Below the pieces are notes generated by a model. That model was not told where the DNA came from, ran no database searches, and saw only the letters and a list, made by a program, of their open reading frames with translations. Position numbers and translations under genes: made by a program. This document shows positions 32,901-41,949 of a stretch of 55,208 bases of DNA, one piece after another. This DNA comes from a virus: the IMG/VR virus record IMGVR_UViG_3300012944_000007. One strand, written 5' to 3'. Position 1 is the first letter of the stretch. Every line of letters starts with the position of its first letter.

Positions 32901-33083
32901 ATCGTAAAGCGGGTTCACTTCTGGTATGCCGACCGAGACCGGTGGAGCATCCGGTGGGATGTAGCCCCCGCTGCTGCCGGTCCCGTCGGTCTCCACAATC
33001 CAGGAGCCGGTAGTAGGCGATGCCTTGGGCACGTGCGGTCTCGAGACGCGGGCGTTCCTTAGTGGCCGAAGGGGACCGTTCAT
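29946..33083 (-). CDS. Large tail fibre/receptor-binding protein (1045 aa)
   Basis: ATGA-coupled to the upstream giant gene. It has repeated beta-rich modules and a C-terminal Gly-rich fibre-like tail. Confidence 0.7.
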   Translation of the reverse strand: MNGPLRPLRNARVSRPHVPKASPTTGSWIVETDGTGSSGGYIPPDAPPVSVGIPEVNPLYDGRFEVRVPWTPDPTAGSGNFQGVSVYVEDPDMSETTTAPMDGTVPMDGTIQMAGKWIWQHVTENTESPADLFVNGKVSDRYIRVYLQAYNFVVNSTLIRANKPNATPNVRVPIPAAAGHYVSGQEYAWLVSNPIVTVIDNFDNPEDPTYSLVFSFIEPDDTIPLPPGLKPYAGVQTVYEYPSQNNRRAQARFLTAHKPETWISDEYYATTITFLVWFCSVDSEGHVNTIVKGVTPMVQVSVTYPPAGQTISPEVTGLAIGPTTYLPTPDGSILAQAQLTWTNPATLNRFSGIHIYRVGITPPRSFGVGGNNATSFTLEALDWPPVTAESWTIAAISLDDKGRLADDPASISAATPTAIWHIGPPSISNGQYAPVVVATAATVVAEQQLNSDGVVMVRFVISGWVNSTDNKFGGVSIARLLANDSLTTGKTTWWDAPKNQTSFTTDWEPAPAATSWDFWFVSRDQQGNRNQILPGITPKVTVNFTPQAGDVLASRLPKDWFDTSEFQWPDGFDFSVKLIHAEKIFVDKVLRVGGGTGTLASSFAGNQNGQIGVFNFQNTLVGWIGQQDGTSTGDNPTPHSIYGAWFAQVYIGGGNPTTAPIYINDQGVAIFGGFDTQIANGATRYPYISIRDASNVEKGRIGARIGDGLVTPADPAYIAGAWFTEFAVGGQSLADWRILAKRSATTDPTEGSLVQLRNINMFQINYVQNYHYPSGGSNHPNAAYTFQLGYDAYVTDGTTSAYSKFPGLTLVRDGTSHGISLINRGLICYMPNGARAAALVTYNGDPNGGDGGQFWAEMTLYSQANSAINVELSSGTSGSGASFFKLWDAGSNLNFSVDGAGTVFCRSGLTCASLTVNGALTVNSLTVNSAMIAQSYKVGSTEVITAGGQFDGPGGVNTTGDIRTGGQVVGASFYLPGGSQPLITNAGGGQWNGAGGVYTNGEIESTSVVKCRTGFYVNGVGGANGSFVAGAKTVTVSGGIITSIV

Positions 33084-36000
33084 GTGGTGTAAATCCCTCC
33101 TGCGGTGATACGAACGGTGGCTCCAGCCCCAAGCGCGATCCGCACGGAGCCGTCCGGGAACTTATCCGGAGGCGAGGTGTTGATCATGGTGGTATTCGGC
33201 CCGTCCGTCACGAACAGCAGGCTGCGCCCTTGGAGCACGGCGAGAGGCGGCAGGTTGACAGTGACGTCGTTCTGCGAGGTATCCGCGCGGATGGTCTGGT
33301 CGGTCACGGCGACATCGAAGGGGCCGCGGTCAGGCCCCACCACACGCACCGTGGGCGGCTGGCCGAACACAAAGATCATGCGGAAGGCGGCCACGCTATC
33401 GTCGGTTTGCCGGCCCTCCGTGTCCACCAGGAAGCCTCCCACCAGCGCCACCTCGTCGGTCAGATTAGGCACCTGCAGGTGCAGCGCGGTAGAGATGCCG
33501 GAGTGCGAAACGATCAGCTGGTTGGTCGGGCTGATGCTGGGCCAGTCGGCGGCCTCGACGATATAGAGCGAGGTGCTGTCGGGGATCACATCCCACGGAG
33601 GAGAGATCGAATGGGAGAGCGCGGTATTGTCGGTGACGAAGCGCCATTGCCCCGCGCCCGTATTGCGCAGGATGCGGACGATCCTGCCCTTCTCTTCGCC
33701 GGGAGTCATGCCGGCGGTCCCCGGAAACTGCTGGCGGTTGACGCTGTTATCCCACAGGGAGTTGCTGATGCTGTTGGCGTCGGCGGAGGTCGGCCGCGCG
33801 TAGACGATCAGCACATCGCCCTGCTGCACGGACTGGGTGGGATCGGCGGTCGCGCAATCGGGGCTCACTGTAAGTACGCCGGTCGCCGGGTCGAATGCCG
33901 TGATCTCAAAGTTCCAGAGCGGCACCTGCCCGTCCTTGTTGGAGCACACGAACACCATCTGGCCGACCCAGTCATCGGTCGAGTGGAGGAAGTCGTTGCA
34001 CAGGATCTTGTTGGGCGAGGTGACCCCGTTGACCAGCAGGCCCGCCACCCCGGCGTGCCAGACGTGCTTGGCGGCGATCCGCACACCCACCGCGGCGCCC
34101 TCGGGCAGGCCTCTGGTCATGTCGTGGATGGGACCGGGGATGTCGATCGTTCCGGGCGGTTGGCCGCTGCCGCCGAATTGCCAGGCCATCCGCCGCCGGT
34201 CAAGGCCGGCCCAGACGTCGTAGTCCGTCAGGGTGGCGTCGACGGCGGGCACCACCGTAAGCGTCACCTTCTGATTGCTCATTCCGGTGGGGATGTAGAT
34301 GGCCGTCAGATTCGACGGCACAGCCGGCTCCCCGCCCGCGTTCTTCTGGGTGACCGCCGCGTAAACCGTCAGCGGGCCGGTCAGGTTGCCGCCGCTTTGG
34401 ACCTCAATTTCCAGGATGCGCGGCTGCTTCAGAATGGCGAACTGATTGATCGCCATCTCGCCTTGCACCCAGATGGTCGGCTCCCACACCGCGTCGCGCG
34501 AAATCTCGTATTCCTGCCAGAGATCGAAGGTGCGCTCCCACGGCGGATAGACCGGATCGCCGGCCGAGGGCGCCACCTCGTTGGGCATCCACGCCAGGCC
34601 GGTGGCCGCTTGCAGCACCTCGGGCGGCACCATGGGCGCGGATACGTCCTCCGGTTTGGGACCGACCACCAGATCGTACATATCCTCGGTGGTCGAGGTT
34701 GCCTGCATATCGATGGACAAATCCGGGTTTAGGGTCCACTTAGCCACCCGGCCCTCGGCATAGCCGCTATTGGGCATGGTGTCGTGGGCTATGGAGACGA
34801 TATCGCCCACCAGCGTCCCAAGCGCCAGCACCGTGGTGCGGAACTGGAAGTTGCGCGCATTCATCTGCTCGTCGATGCCGGAGCCGGTCCCGTGCGGGCC
34901 GCTGCCACTCTTCAGACCGCCAATCTCCTCGCGCAGCTTGGTGATGATGACGCGGGCGCACTGGCTCTTGTTGCTGACGCCCGCGAAGCTCACGGTGTTG
35001 GTGAGGTACTGGGGCGAGTCGGGCGTGCCCAGGAAGCTGGCGTGGTCGATGTCGTAGATGGTGACATTATTCAGCTGCCAGCCGAACTCCTCGTCCCCGA
35101 AATTTCCCACCAGCCAGTTGAACTGCGGCTGCAAGGGCGAAGCGGTCAGGCTCTTAAAAAGCACGCTCGCTCGCGTGAAGGCATTGCCCGCGAGCACACT
35201 TGAGTTGGAGCGGATGCCGATCCAGAGCTTGCCGTTGACGAAGGTGAAGTAGCCCAGGCAGCAGTTCAGAATTTCGCGCAGCCAGTCGCGCAGCGGCTTC
35301 TGCTCTTTGAGCACGCCACGGAAAGGGAATTGCAATTCGTTCCCCGCGCCGATGATCTTGGGCACCATGGTGTCGCAGATCGCCGCCGCGATCCCGGCCT
35401 GATCCACGTCCACATACTGCTCCATGACCGAGGGGGGCACTTGGGCGGCATTGCTCGGATCGACGCGCAGCCCGATGCCGCGCAGATACACGTTCACCGC
35501 CACCCACACCGCGTTGTGCAGCGAGTTCAACCAGGTGCGCTGCCCCGGCCCATTCCACACCCAGCCGCCGATTCCGCCTGTCACATTCACCGTCATGGCG
35601 CGGTCGGCCACGGGCGCGAGCTGCAAGCCCTTCTGGTCGGTGCGGCGGATCTCCGCCAGGGCGATCCCGCCCGCATACGTGGAGCCAACCGGGACATACG
35701 GAGAACCGTCCGGGTTGGCCCACTTGCCGGTGAGCGGATTGGCCTGGCTGATGCCGACGAAGTCGTATGGCCCCGAAGGATCGGTGCCGGTGAAGGCGCG
35801 CCAACCGCTGAAGCGCAAGGGGTCCTGCGGCGGCTGGCCGTCCAGCGTCTGCAAGATCAGGTTGCCGTTGTACGCCGAGATCGGGCCTTCGCCCACAATG
35901 CCCAGCGCCGCATAGAAGTCACTCTCGTCGCGGCCGGCCGCCACGTCCACGGTTACGTTCATCGGCGTGTCGGTGAATATCTCCTGCAAGGGACGCTGGT

Positions 36001-37162
36001 AGACGGTATCCTGCGTCACCGTCACCGAGGTCATGCTGGACCGGCCAAAGCCGAACACGCCGGTCGAGTTGTCCTTGATATGCACGCTCTGCGGCGGCAC
36101 CACCAGCCCGCCGAAGGAATGCGGCACGCCGCGCGCCACGCAGCTGTCGTAGTCCTTTGGACAGTCGGGGAAAGTCCCCGGATCCGCGGTCGATGGGCAC
36201 CAGCGGCCTTTGTACACCTTCCAGCAGGTGCGCAGAATCTTGCGCGACGGGTAGGCCAGACTCAGATTGAACACGCCGTCGGCGGCGTTCACCTGGAAGC
36301 GCCCGCTGGTGTCGAAGCCCCAATTCAACAGCGCACCCTTCCAGAGGTCCAGGATGTAGCGGCTCCCCACATGGTAGAGGCTGACCTGAACCGAAGCCGC
36401 GTACAGATTGACCTGATTGACGTAGGTCTGCCACACCCCGTCTGCGTTGCCGAAGGTGAAGCTGGCGGAATCGGAATTTTCGCCGATACTCTGCGAGATC
36501 CCGGACCAGTCGAGCAGCCTGGGCAGGTAGGACTGGCTGTCGAGCGCGAAGTGCTGGTTGGAAAGATAAACCGCCGCGGTTGGATTCGAACGCGGCACCA
36601 CCGTGATCAGCGGAATGATCTGCTGAAACTGGACTTGCAAGGCGGCGGTCAAGGTCGCGTCGGGGAATCGGGTCAACCGCTGCGCCGAATAATATTGCGG
36701 GGTGGTCTGCGGGACTTCGAGAAAGCTCAGGCCGGGGCCGTTCATCAACAGCGCCACCATGTAGTCGAAGGTCAGATTCGGATTCTCGTAGCGGGCTGTG
36801 ACTGTCTCGGTGGCATACACCGGCTGCGTTGGACGCGGCACGCCGTGCCCCGGCCCCGGCTCCCACACCGTGTAGGGGAACTGCGCATAGCTGCCCTGCG
36901 CCTGCTCGAAGTGGGCTTTGAGGTCGTCGTACTCCCGGCACGACAGATGGTGTTTGGCGAACTTGAAGCGCCGCGCGCCCATCGGCGTCAGCAGGAACCG
37001 CTGCTCCGTCTTCAGGCCTGGCTGATCGAAGGTGTGGACCACGACCGCCGGATTGTAGTCGATGCCGCCGCCGAAGTCGGGCCGAAGAGGGAAGGCGGAA
37101 ATTACCGGAGGGCTTGGTATGGGCACTGGCCCCAGGCTGTCTCTGACTTCGACCCGGACCAT
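33080..37162 (-). CDS. Fused tail hub / host-specificity protein (1360 aa; gpL/BR0599-like Cys region plus a J-like extension)
   Basis: ATG at 37162 overlaps the upstream TGA. The segment ...RTCWKVYKGRWCPSTADPGTFPDCPKDYDSCVARGVPHSFGG resembles the DUF2163/BR0599 tail-hub Cys motif. The position after the tape measure is lambda-like. Confidence 0.6.
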   Translation of the reverse strand: MVRVEVRDSLGPVPIPSPPVISAFPLRPDFGGGIDYNPAVVVHTFDQPGLKTEQRFLLTPMGARRFKFAKHHLSCREYDDLKAHFEQAQGSYAQFPYTVWEPGPGHGVPRPTQPVYATETVTARYENPNLTFDYMVALLMNGPGLSFLEVPQTTPQYYSAQRLTRFPDATLTAALQVQFQQIIPLITVVPRSNPTAAVYLSNQHFALDSQSYLPRLLDWSGISQSIGENSDSASFTFGNADGVWQTYVNQVNLYAASVQVSLYHVGSRYILDLWKGALLNWGFDTSGRFQVNAADGVFNLSLAYPSRKILRTCWKVYKGRWCPSTADPGTFPDCPKDYDSCVARGVPHSFGGLVVPPQSVHIKDNSTGVFGFGRSSMTSVTVTQDTVYQRPLQEIFTDTPMNVTVDVAAGRDESDFYAALGIVGEGPISAYNGNLILQTLDGQPPQDPLRFSGWRAFTGTDPSGPYDFVGISQANPLTGKWANPDGSPYVPVGSTYAGGIALAEIRRTDQKGLQLAPVADRAMTVNVTGGIGGWVWNGPGQRTWLNSLHNAVWVAVNVYLRGIGLRVDPSNAAQVPPSVMEQYVDVDQAGIAAAICDTMVPKIIGAGNELQFPFRGVLKEQKPLRDWLREILNCCLGYFTFVNGKLWIGIRSNSSVLAGNAFTRASVLFKSLTASPLQPQFNWLVGNFGDEEFGWQLNNVTIYDIDHASFLGTPDSPQYLTNTVSFAGVSNKSQCARVIITKLREEIGGLKSGSGPHGTGSGIDEQMNARNFQFRTTVLALGTLVGDIVSIAHDTMPNSGYAEGRVAKWTLNPDLSIDMQATSTTEDMYDLVVGPKPEDVSAPMVPPEVLQAATGLAWMPNEVAPSAGDPVYPPWERTFDLWQEYEISRDAVWEPTIWVQGEMAINQFAILKQPRILEIEVQSGGNLTGPLTVYAAVTQKNAGGEPAVPSNLTAIYIPTGMSNQKVTLTVVPAVDATLTDYDVWAGLDRRRMAWQFGGSGQPPGTIDIPGPIHDMTRGLPEGAAVGVRIAAKHVWHAGVAGLLVNGVTSPNKILCNDFLHSTDDWVGQMVFVCSNKDGQVPLWNFEITAFDPATGVLTVSPDCATADPTQSVQQGDVLIVYARPTSADANSISNSLWDNSVNRQQFPGTAGMTPGEEKGRIVRILRNTGAGQWRFVTDNTALSHSISPPWDVIPDSTSLYIVEAADWPSISPTNQLIVSHSGISTALHLQVPNLTDEVALVGGFLVDTEGRQTDDSVAAFRMIFVFGQPPTVRVVGPDRGPFDVAVTDQTIRADTSQNDVTVNLPPLAVLQGRSLLFVTDGPNTTMINTSPPDKFPDGSVRIALGAGATVRITAGGIYTT

Positions 37163-37557
37163 CAGGCCACCTCGCGCAGCTGCAGGGCGACGTCCGTGCG
37201 CGCGACGTTGTAGGTGTCCGACCATTGGCCGTCGAAGACCACCGTGTAGCGGCCGATGGTGTTTTGCCCGCTGGGGTCGTAGCTAAACGGCGGCACGGTT
37301 TCGCGCAGGTTGTAAAAATAGAAAGCCGGACCCTGGTGCTGGATATAGAACTGCCACAGGGCGGCCCAGTCGGCGCCGTTCACCCCGGGCACCAAGCGGA
37401 AGAAGTGCCGCACGTTCTGTGCCAGCGCATTGCGGTCGCTACTGCCGTCCGCGTATTGGTTCAGCAGCGCTTCCAGGCGCAACTCCTCCTGAAAGGACCG
37501 GCACAGCTGCTTCGGCATCACACCCTGCGGGTTGGCGGAATTGAGATTCTGCGGCAC
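37162..37557 (-). CDS. Minor/distal tail protein (gpM-position)
   Basis: Called by synteny after the tape measure. The start is ambiguous (GTG 37557 or ATG 37518). Confidence 0.5.
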   Translation of the reverse strand: MPQNLNSANPQGVMPKQLCRSFQEELRLEALLNQYADGSSDRNALAQNVRHFFRLVPGVNGADWAALWQFYIQHQGPAFYFYNLRETVPPFSYDPSGQNTIGRYTVVFDGQWSDTYNVARTDVALQLREVA

Positions 37558-37558
37558 C

Positions 37559-37771
37559 CTACACTCTCGGTGGCCAATTCCACTGACAAGGCCCGTCGCC
37601 TTGCGTCAGTCCGTCATCCATGTGCTGGCCTTTGGGACCGAAGACGAACAAACGTACCGTTCCGTCTTCAGCAACGTTTTGAATGATGGCCGGGGATTGC
37701 GTTGGCGGGTACCTGCCGTCCGCGCTACCCGGATGGTTATACAGCACGATTCTGCCGATTGTTGGTTTCAC
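37559..37771 (-). CDS. Hypothetical small tail-module protein (70 aa)
   Basis: GTG at 37771 preceded by AAGGAG. Confidence 0.55.
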   Translation of the reverse strand: MKPTIGRIVLYNHPGSADGRYPPTQSPAIIQNVAEDGTVRLFVFGPKGQHMDDGLTQGDGPCQWNWPPRV

Positions 37772-37788
37772 TTAGGTGCTTCTCCTTC

Positions 37789-40700
37789 TCAACTTAAACT
37801 CGTCAACGGCTCCAACATGTTCGAGGCTTGCGACACCCGGCTGTCTCCCGCCCGGGTGGCGGAAGCGTTGGCGGAAGCAACCGCCGCGGGGTTCTGCTGC
37901 ACCGCCTGTACCACCCGGCCCGTGAATAGATCGTTGGCCTGCTGCGGATTCAGCTGCATGAAAATACTGCTCACCTGCCCGCCGGCTCCCGGCACGCCCT
38001 GGCTGGTGCCCGCCATCAGCCCCTGCGCGGCGGTGACGGCGGTCTGGTATTGGTAGGTGGTCGGGCCGGTGTAGGGATTCTGCACCAGCACGCCGCCCTG
38101 ATAGACCGGCTGGGTGGCGAGGCCTCCCGCCTGCGACTGCGCGATGGTGGCGGCATACATGGGCCGCGGCAGGTTCGCCGCTTGCCCGGTCGAGAGGGCA
38201 TACAGCCGCACGATGTCTTGCACGTCCTGGGACCGGATACCGATCGTCACGCTGCCGCCGTACTTCTGATCCACGATCTGCTGGATCTGGGTGAGGATCT
38301 GGCGGTTGGAGATGTCGATGCCGTAGACCTGCTTGATGCCGGTGCGGATCCGCTCTTGCTCGGTATGCACGAACAGGCGCACAATGCCTGTGATCGCGCC
38401 CACCCCGGCTCCGATAGCCGCGCCGATGGCGGTGCCGAGTCCGGGCAGGATCATGGTGCCGATGCCCGCGCCCGCCAGTGCGCCGCCGCCGATATCCATT
38501 GCGAGGCCAGTGCCGCCGCCGCGCTGGAACCCGCTGGCGAACAACCCCAGGCCTGCGCCGGTCGCCGCCGCCGCGCCGATGCCAAGGCCGACCCCGCCGG
38601 GCATCTCACTGGCGCGCGCGATCATACTCGGATTGGTCAGAAACATCCCCGCGCCCGCCAGCGCGCCGCCCGCCACCGTCGCGGGTGCGTAGTGCTGCTG
38701 CAACCCTTTGCTGGCCAGTCCCATGCCTGCCATTAGCGCCAGCGTGCCCGCTGCCGGGGAGGTCAGGATGCTGCCGGCCGACGTGACTCCCTTGCCGTAG
38801 ATGCCGAAGAACTGCCCGAGCTTCGAGAGATTCTGTATGTTCAGACCCGCCAGATTCACTCCGCCCGCGCCCGTGGTGGCTCCTCCCGCCTTCAACGCGC
38901 CGGTTAGCAGGGGCAAGAGGGACGGACTCAACCTTTGCAGTGCCGTGAGACCCATCGGCAGGTTGGCCAGTTCCGCCACGCTGGGCCCGGTGACGGCTCC
39001 CGCGCCTTCCGCCTGAAAGCTGGGCACACCTGGCAGAAACAGTGGCTGGGCGCGCTGCGGCAACGCTGCCAGTTGAGCCATCGTAACCGCGGGAGCGCCC
39101 CCGCCGCCAGTGGCCGCGAGATAGCGGGCGTCCTCACCGCCAGGAAGGAGATCGGCGCCACCGCCACCAGCCGCTTCGGGTGCCGCTGCCATCAGCTGCG
39201 TGATGCGGGCGACGTAGGCCTTAGTCTCCGCGGGCAGCGCACGACCGGAAGCCAACCGTTGGTCTAAAGCGTGCGCGCCCATGTTGTAAGCCGCCAGCGC
39301 CAGCGGCACATTGCCGTGGTAGCGGGTGAGCATCTCCTGCAGGTGTTGTGCGCCGCCCATCACGTTTTGCCCGACATTGAACACGTCGGTCACGCCGTGT
39401 TCGCGGGCCGTCCCGGGCATCAACTGCATGAGGCCCATTGCGCCTGCGGACGAGACGGCCCCCGGTCTCATACTGGACTCGGCTTGCGCCACGGCCCGCA
39501 AGAGAGTCTGCGGCACGCCGGTGGCCCCGCTGGCTGTCTGAAAGGCCTCCTTCATGGTGGTGGTGGTATCCGCCATGCGGTCGGCGCTGCCCTCATGCTG
39601 CACGGTGGCGCCGGCGAAGTTGTTGACCGCCTCCGCGAAACGGATGGTGGCGTCGGAGTAGGCGTTGGTAGCGATCTCGTAGCTGTGCGTGCTGTTCTGA
39701 AACGCGCTGGCTACCGGGAACGAGATGTCGCTCTGCGTCGCGTTGATCTGCTGCACGTCTGGCGGCGGCAGGGGTGGCCGCGGCGGCATCCCGCGACGCA
39801 GCAGGGTTCCCAGGATCCCCTGCCCACCCCTGCCCAAGCTTTCCTGCGGCTGCCCATAACCTGCCGCTGCGGTGGCCACCCCTGCCAGTTGGCTGGCGAA
39901 TAGCTCCTTGGCCTCGCCCAGCACCAGTTTTTTGAAGAAGTCCCCCAGTGCCTGACCGAGGCTCTTGGTCTTATCGGTGAACACGTCGAACAGTTGGCTG
40001 AACTGATCCTTGAAGGCGTCGTACACCCGCTTCTGGTCTTCGATGATCAGATCGTTAGCCTTCTTCCACCCTTCCAGCCGGTATTTCTGCCCCTCGTCGA
40101 ATTGCTTCCTGGTCACCGCCGCTTCCTTATCGTCGGTTTCTTTGCGGTGGGCCTCGATCATCTTGTCCACGTCCACGCCCGCTGCGGCGAACTGCTTGCG
40201 GTAGTCGTTGGCCATCTTCTCGAAGCGGTGGAATTGATCCTCCAGGTTGTTGTTTTCGATGTCCGCAACCTGCTTCGCGGCGTCCATGCGGATCTGGGTG
40301 ATGCGGTCGATGTTGCGCACCTTGCTGCGCAGATCCTGAGCGTCCTGCGCCTCGATGTAGGCCACCTGCGCGTCGGCCGCTCCCTTGGCGCGCTCCACCT
40401 GATAGCGGGTGAATTCGTCCTCCTGCTTTTTCTGCTCCTTGAATTTCGCCCCCGCCGTCTCGGTCACTTCGGCACCGACCAGGATGGCGCGCAGTGCCTG
40501 CTGCTGGGCCTGCGGAAGGAGTTTGATCTTTTCCTCCAGTTCGCTGAAGAGGGTCGCGTATTTCAGGCGCACCGCCTCGACCGGCGAGGCCAGCGCTTCG
40601 AGTAAACTGCGCTGCGCCGCATCAGCGTGTTTCTGTTCCTCCAGACGGAGTTTCTCGAACAGCTTGGCGGTGTCGAGGATATCGCCCGGTTCGATCTGGC

Positions 40701-41949
40701 CCCCGCCCTTGAAAATCCCGGCCATGAACTTCTTGCCCTGTTCCGCCAGGCCGGTCAGGGCCGTTTTAATCTTGCCGGCCACCCCGCCGACCAGGGTATC
40801 CACCATCCCTTGGAATTGCGGGATCAGCTTATAGGCGGCAAAGGCCAACGTGCCGAGCAACACCACCGTAATGGCCAGTTGCGGGTTCATGGTCGCCAGT
40901 CCCACCGTGAACTTGAAAATCGCCGCGGTGAGACTGAGCAGCGGGCTGGCTAGACTAGTGACAATGGCGAGCGCAGTGCCAAGGGCCGCGACCGCCGCCG
41001 CCCCAGCCAAGACTTGGAGGATCACCAGCTTCGTGGGATCCGGCAGTTTCATCAGATAGTCGAGCAGACCGCCGAGCGGCGCCAGCAGGTTGCCGATCTC
41101 AGTGCCCAACTTCCTAAGCGCCGGTCCAAAGCCCTGTGGCCCGAACAGCTGGCTGACCGCGTTCTGAGCCGCGTCGGCCATATTCTTGAACGCCAGCGCG
41201 GCGTCGGCCAGCGAAGCACCGAAGCCGCCGGCCTTCCGCATGGAGTCGAGCACCACGCGGATGGTTTGCAGCGGGTCCAGAATGCCTTCCTTAATCGCGT
41301 CCCGAACTCCCTCCACGTCGATGGCGCGGCCCAGCTGCTTCGACATGGCCTCGCGCAGCGCGGTCATCACCTGCACGCCCTGCTGCGGCAGCGCCCGCAT
41401 CAGGTCCATTGCTCCGACGAAATCCTTTTCCATGATGCGACCGAAGAGGCGCACCACGTTGTTGACGTTCTCAATCGAGCCGCCCATGCGGCCCACCTGG
41501 TCGGTGATCACGCGCAGCGTGTCGGGCACGTTTTTGGCGGCCATGCCGAAGCCGAGCAACTGGCGCGCCGTCTCTTCCAGATCCTTGAACCGGAACGGGC
41601 TGGTCGCCGCGATCGCGCGCACCTGCTCGAAGACCTTGTTAGCCTCTGCCGCGCTCCCCGTGAACGACTGCATAGCCAACTGCGTGCGGCTCAACTCGGC
41701 AGACATCTGCACCATGCCGGCGATCACGCGCGCGATCCCCAGTCCTGCCAGGGCAGAGGTCAGCTGCGAGAACTCCCGGTTGACGCTCTGAATCGAGACG
41801 CCGATGGACTGGAAGCCAGCGGTGGCCTGTTTGGAACTTTTCTCTGCGGTGGGGCCGGTCGTGGCAATCGACTGATTGAGGGCGTTGACGTTCTGCTGCG
41901 CGGTCTCGCTGTTGAAATCGACTTGGAGGTAAATCGTGTTACTGGCCAC
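37789..41949 (-). CDS. Tape measure protein with an internal lytic transglycosylase (SLT) domain
   Basis: 1386 aa with Ala/Gly-rich helical repeats. The SLT motif ...AQAESSMRPGAVSSAGAMGLMQLMPGT...AAYNMGAHAL is encoded around 39258-39495. Confidence 0.85.
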   Translation of the reverse strand: MASNTIYLQVDFNSETAQQNVNALNQSIATTGPTAEKSSKQATAGFQSIGVSIQSVNREFSQLTSALAGLGIARVIAGMVQMSAELSRTQLAMQSFTGSAAEANKVFEQVRAIAATSPFRFKDLEETARQLLGFGMAAKNVPDTLRVITDQVGRMGGSIENVNNVVRLFGRIMEKDFVGAMDLMRALPQQGVQVMTALREAMSKQLGRAIDVEGVRDAIKEGILDPLQTIRVVLDSMRKAGGFGASLADAALAFKNMADAAQNAVSQLFGPQGFGPALRKLGTEIGNLLAPLGGLLDYLMKLPDPTKLVILQVLAGAAAVAALGTALAIVTSLASPLLSLTAAIFKFTVGLATMNPQLAITVVLLGTLAFAAYKLIPQFQGMVDTLVGGVAGKIKTALTGLAEQGKKFMAGIFKGGGQIEPGDILDTAKLFEKLRLEEQKHADAAQRSLLEALASPVEAVRLKYATLFSELEEKIKLLPQAQQQALRAILVGAEVTETAGAKFKEQKKQEDEFTRYQVERAKGAADAQVAYIEAQDAQDLRSKVRNIDRITQIRMDAAKQVADIENNNLEDQFHRFEKMANDYRKQFAAAGVDVDKMIEAHRKETDDKEAAVTRKQFDEGQKYRLEGWKKANDLIIEDQKRVYDAFKDQFSQLFDVFTDKTKSLGQALGDFFKKLVLGEAKELFASQLAGVATAAAGYGQPQESLGRGGQGILGTLLRRGMPPRPPLPPPDVQQINATQSDISFPVASAFQNSTHSYEIATNAYSDATIRFAEAVNNFAGATVQHEGSADRMADTTTTMKEAFQTASGATGVPQTLLRAVAQAESSMRPGAVSSAGAMGLMQLMPGTAREHGVTDVFNVGQNVMGGAQHLQEMLTRYHGNVPLALAAYNMGAHALDQRLASGRALPAETKAYVARITQLMAAAPEAAGGGGADLLPGGEDARYLAATGGGGAPAVTMAQLAALPQRAQPLFLPGVPSFQAEGAGAVTGPSVAELANLPMGLTALQRLSPSLLPLLTGALKAGGATTGAGGVNLAGLNIQNLSKLGQFFGIYGKGVTSAGSILTSPAAGTLALMAGMGLASKGLQQHYAPATVAGGALAGAGMFLTNPSMIARASEMPGGVGLGIGAAAATGAGLGLFASGFQRGGGTGLAMDIGGGALAGAGIGTMILPGLGTAIGAAIGAGVGAITGIVRLFVHTEQERIRTGIKQVYGIDISNRQILTQIQQIVDQKYGGSVTIGIRSQDVQDIVRLYALSTGQAANLPRPMYAATIAQSQAGGLATQPVYQGGVLVQNPYTGPTTYQYQTAVTAAQGLMAGTSQGVPGAGGQVSSIFMQLNPQQANDLFTGRVVQAVQQNPAAVASANASATRAGDSRVSQASNMLEPLTSLS

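Noticed and set aside
31167-37213. Very long plus-strand ORFs (31167..33062, 33020..34732, 35330..37213, and many others such as 17027..18082 and 22727..23794).
   Set aside because: They are antisense shadows of clearly homologous minus-strand structural or integrase genes in GC-rich DNA. Their translations are Arg/Gly/His-rich and lack SDs.
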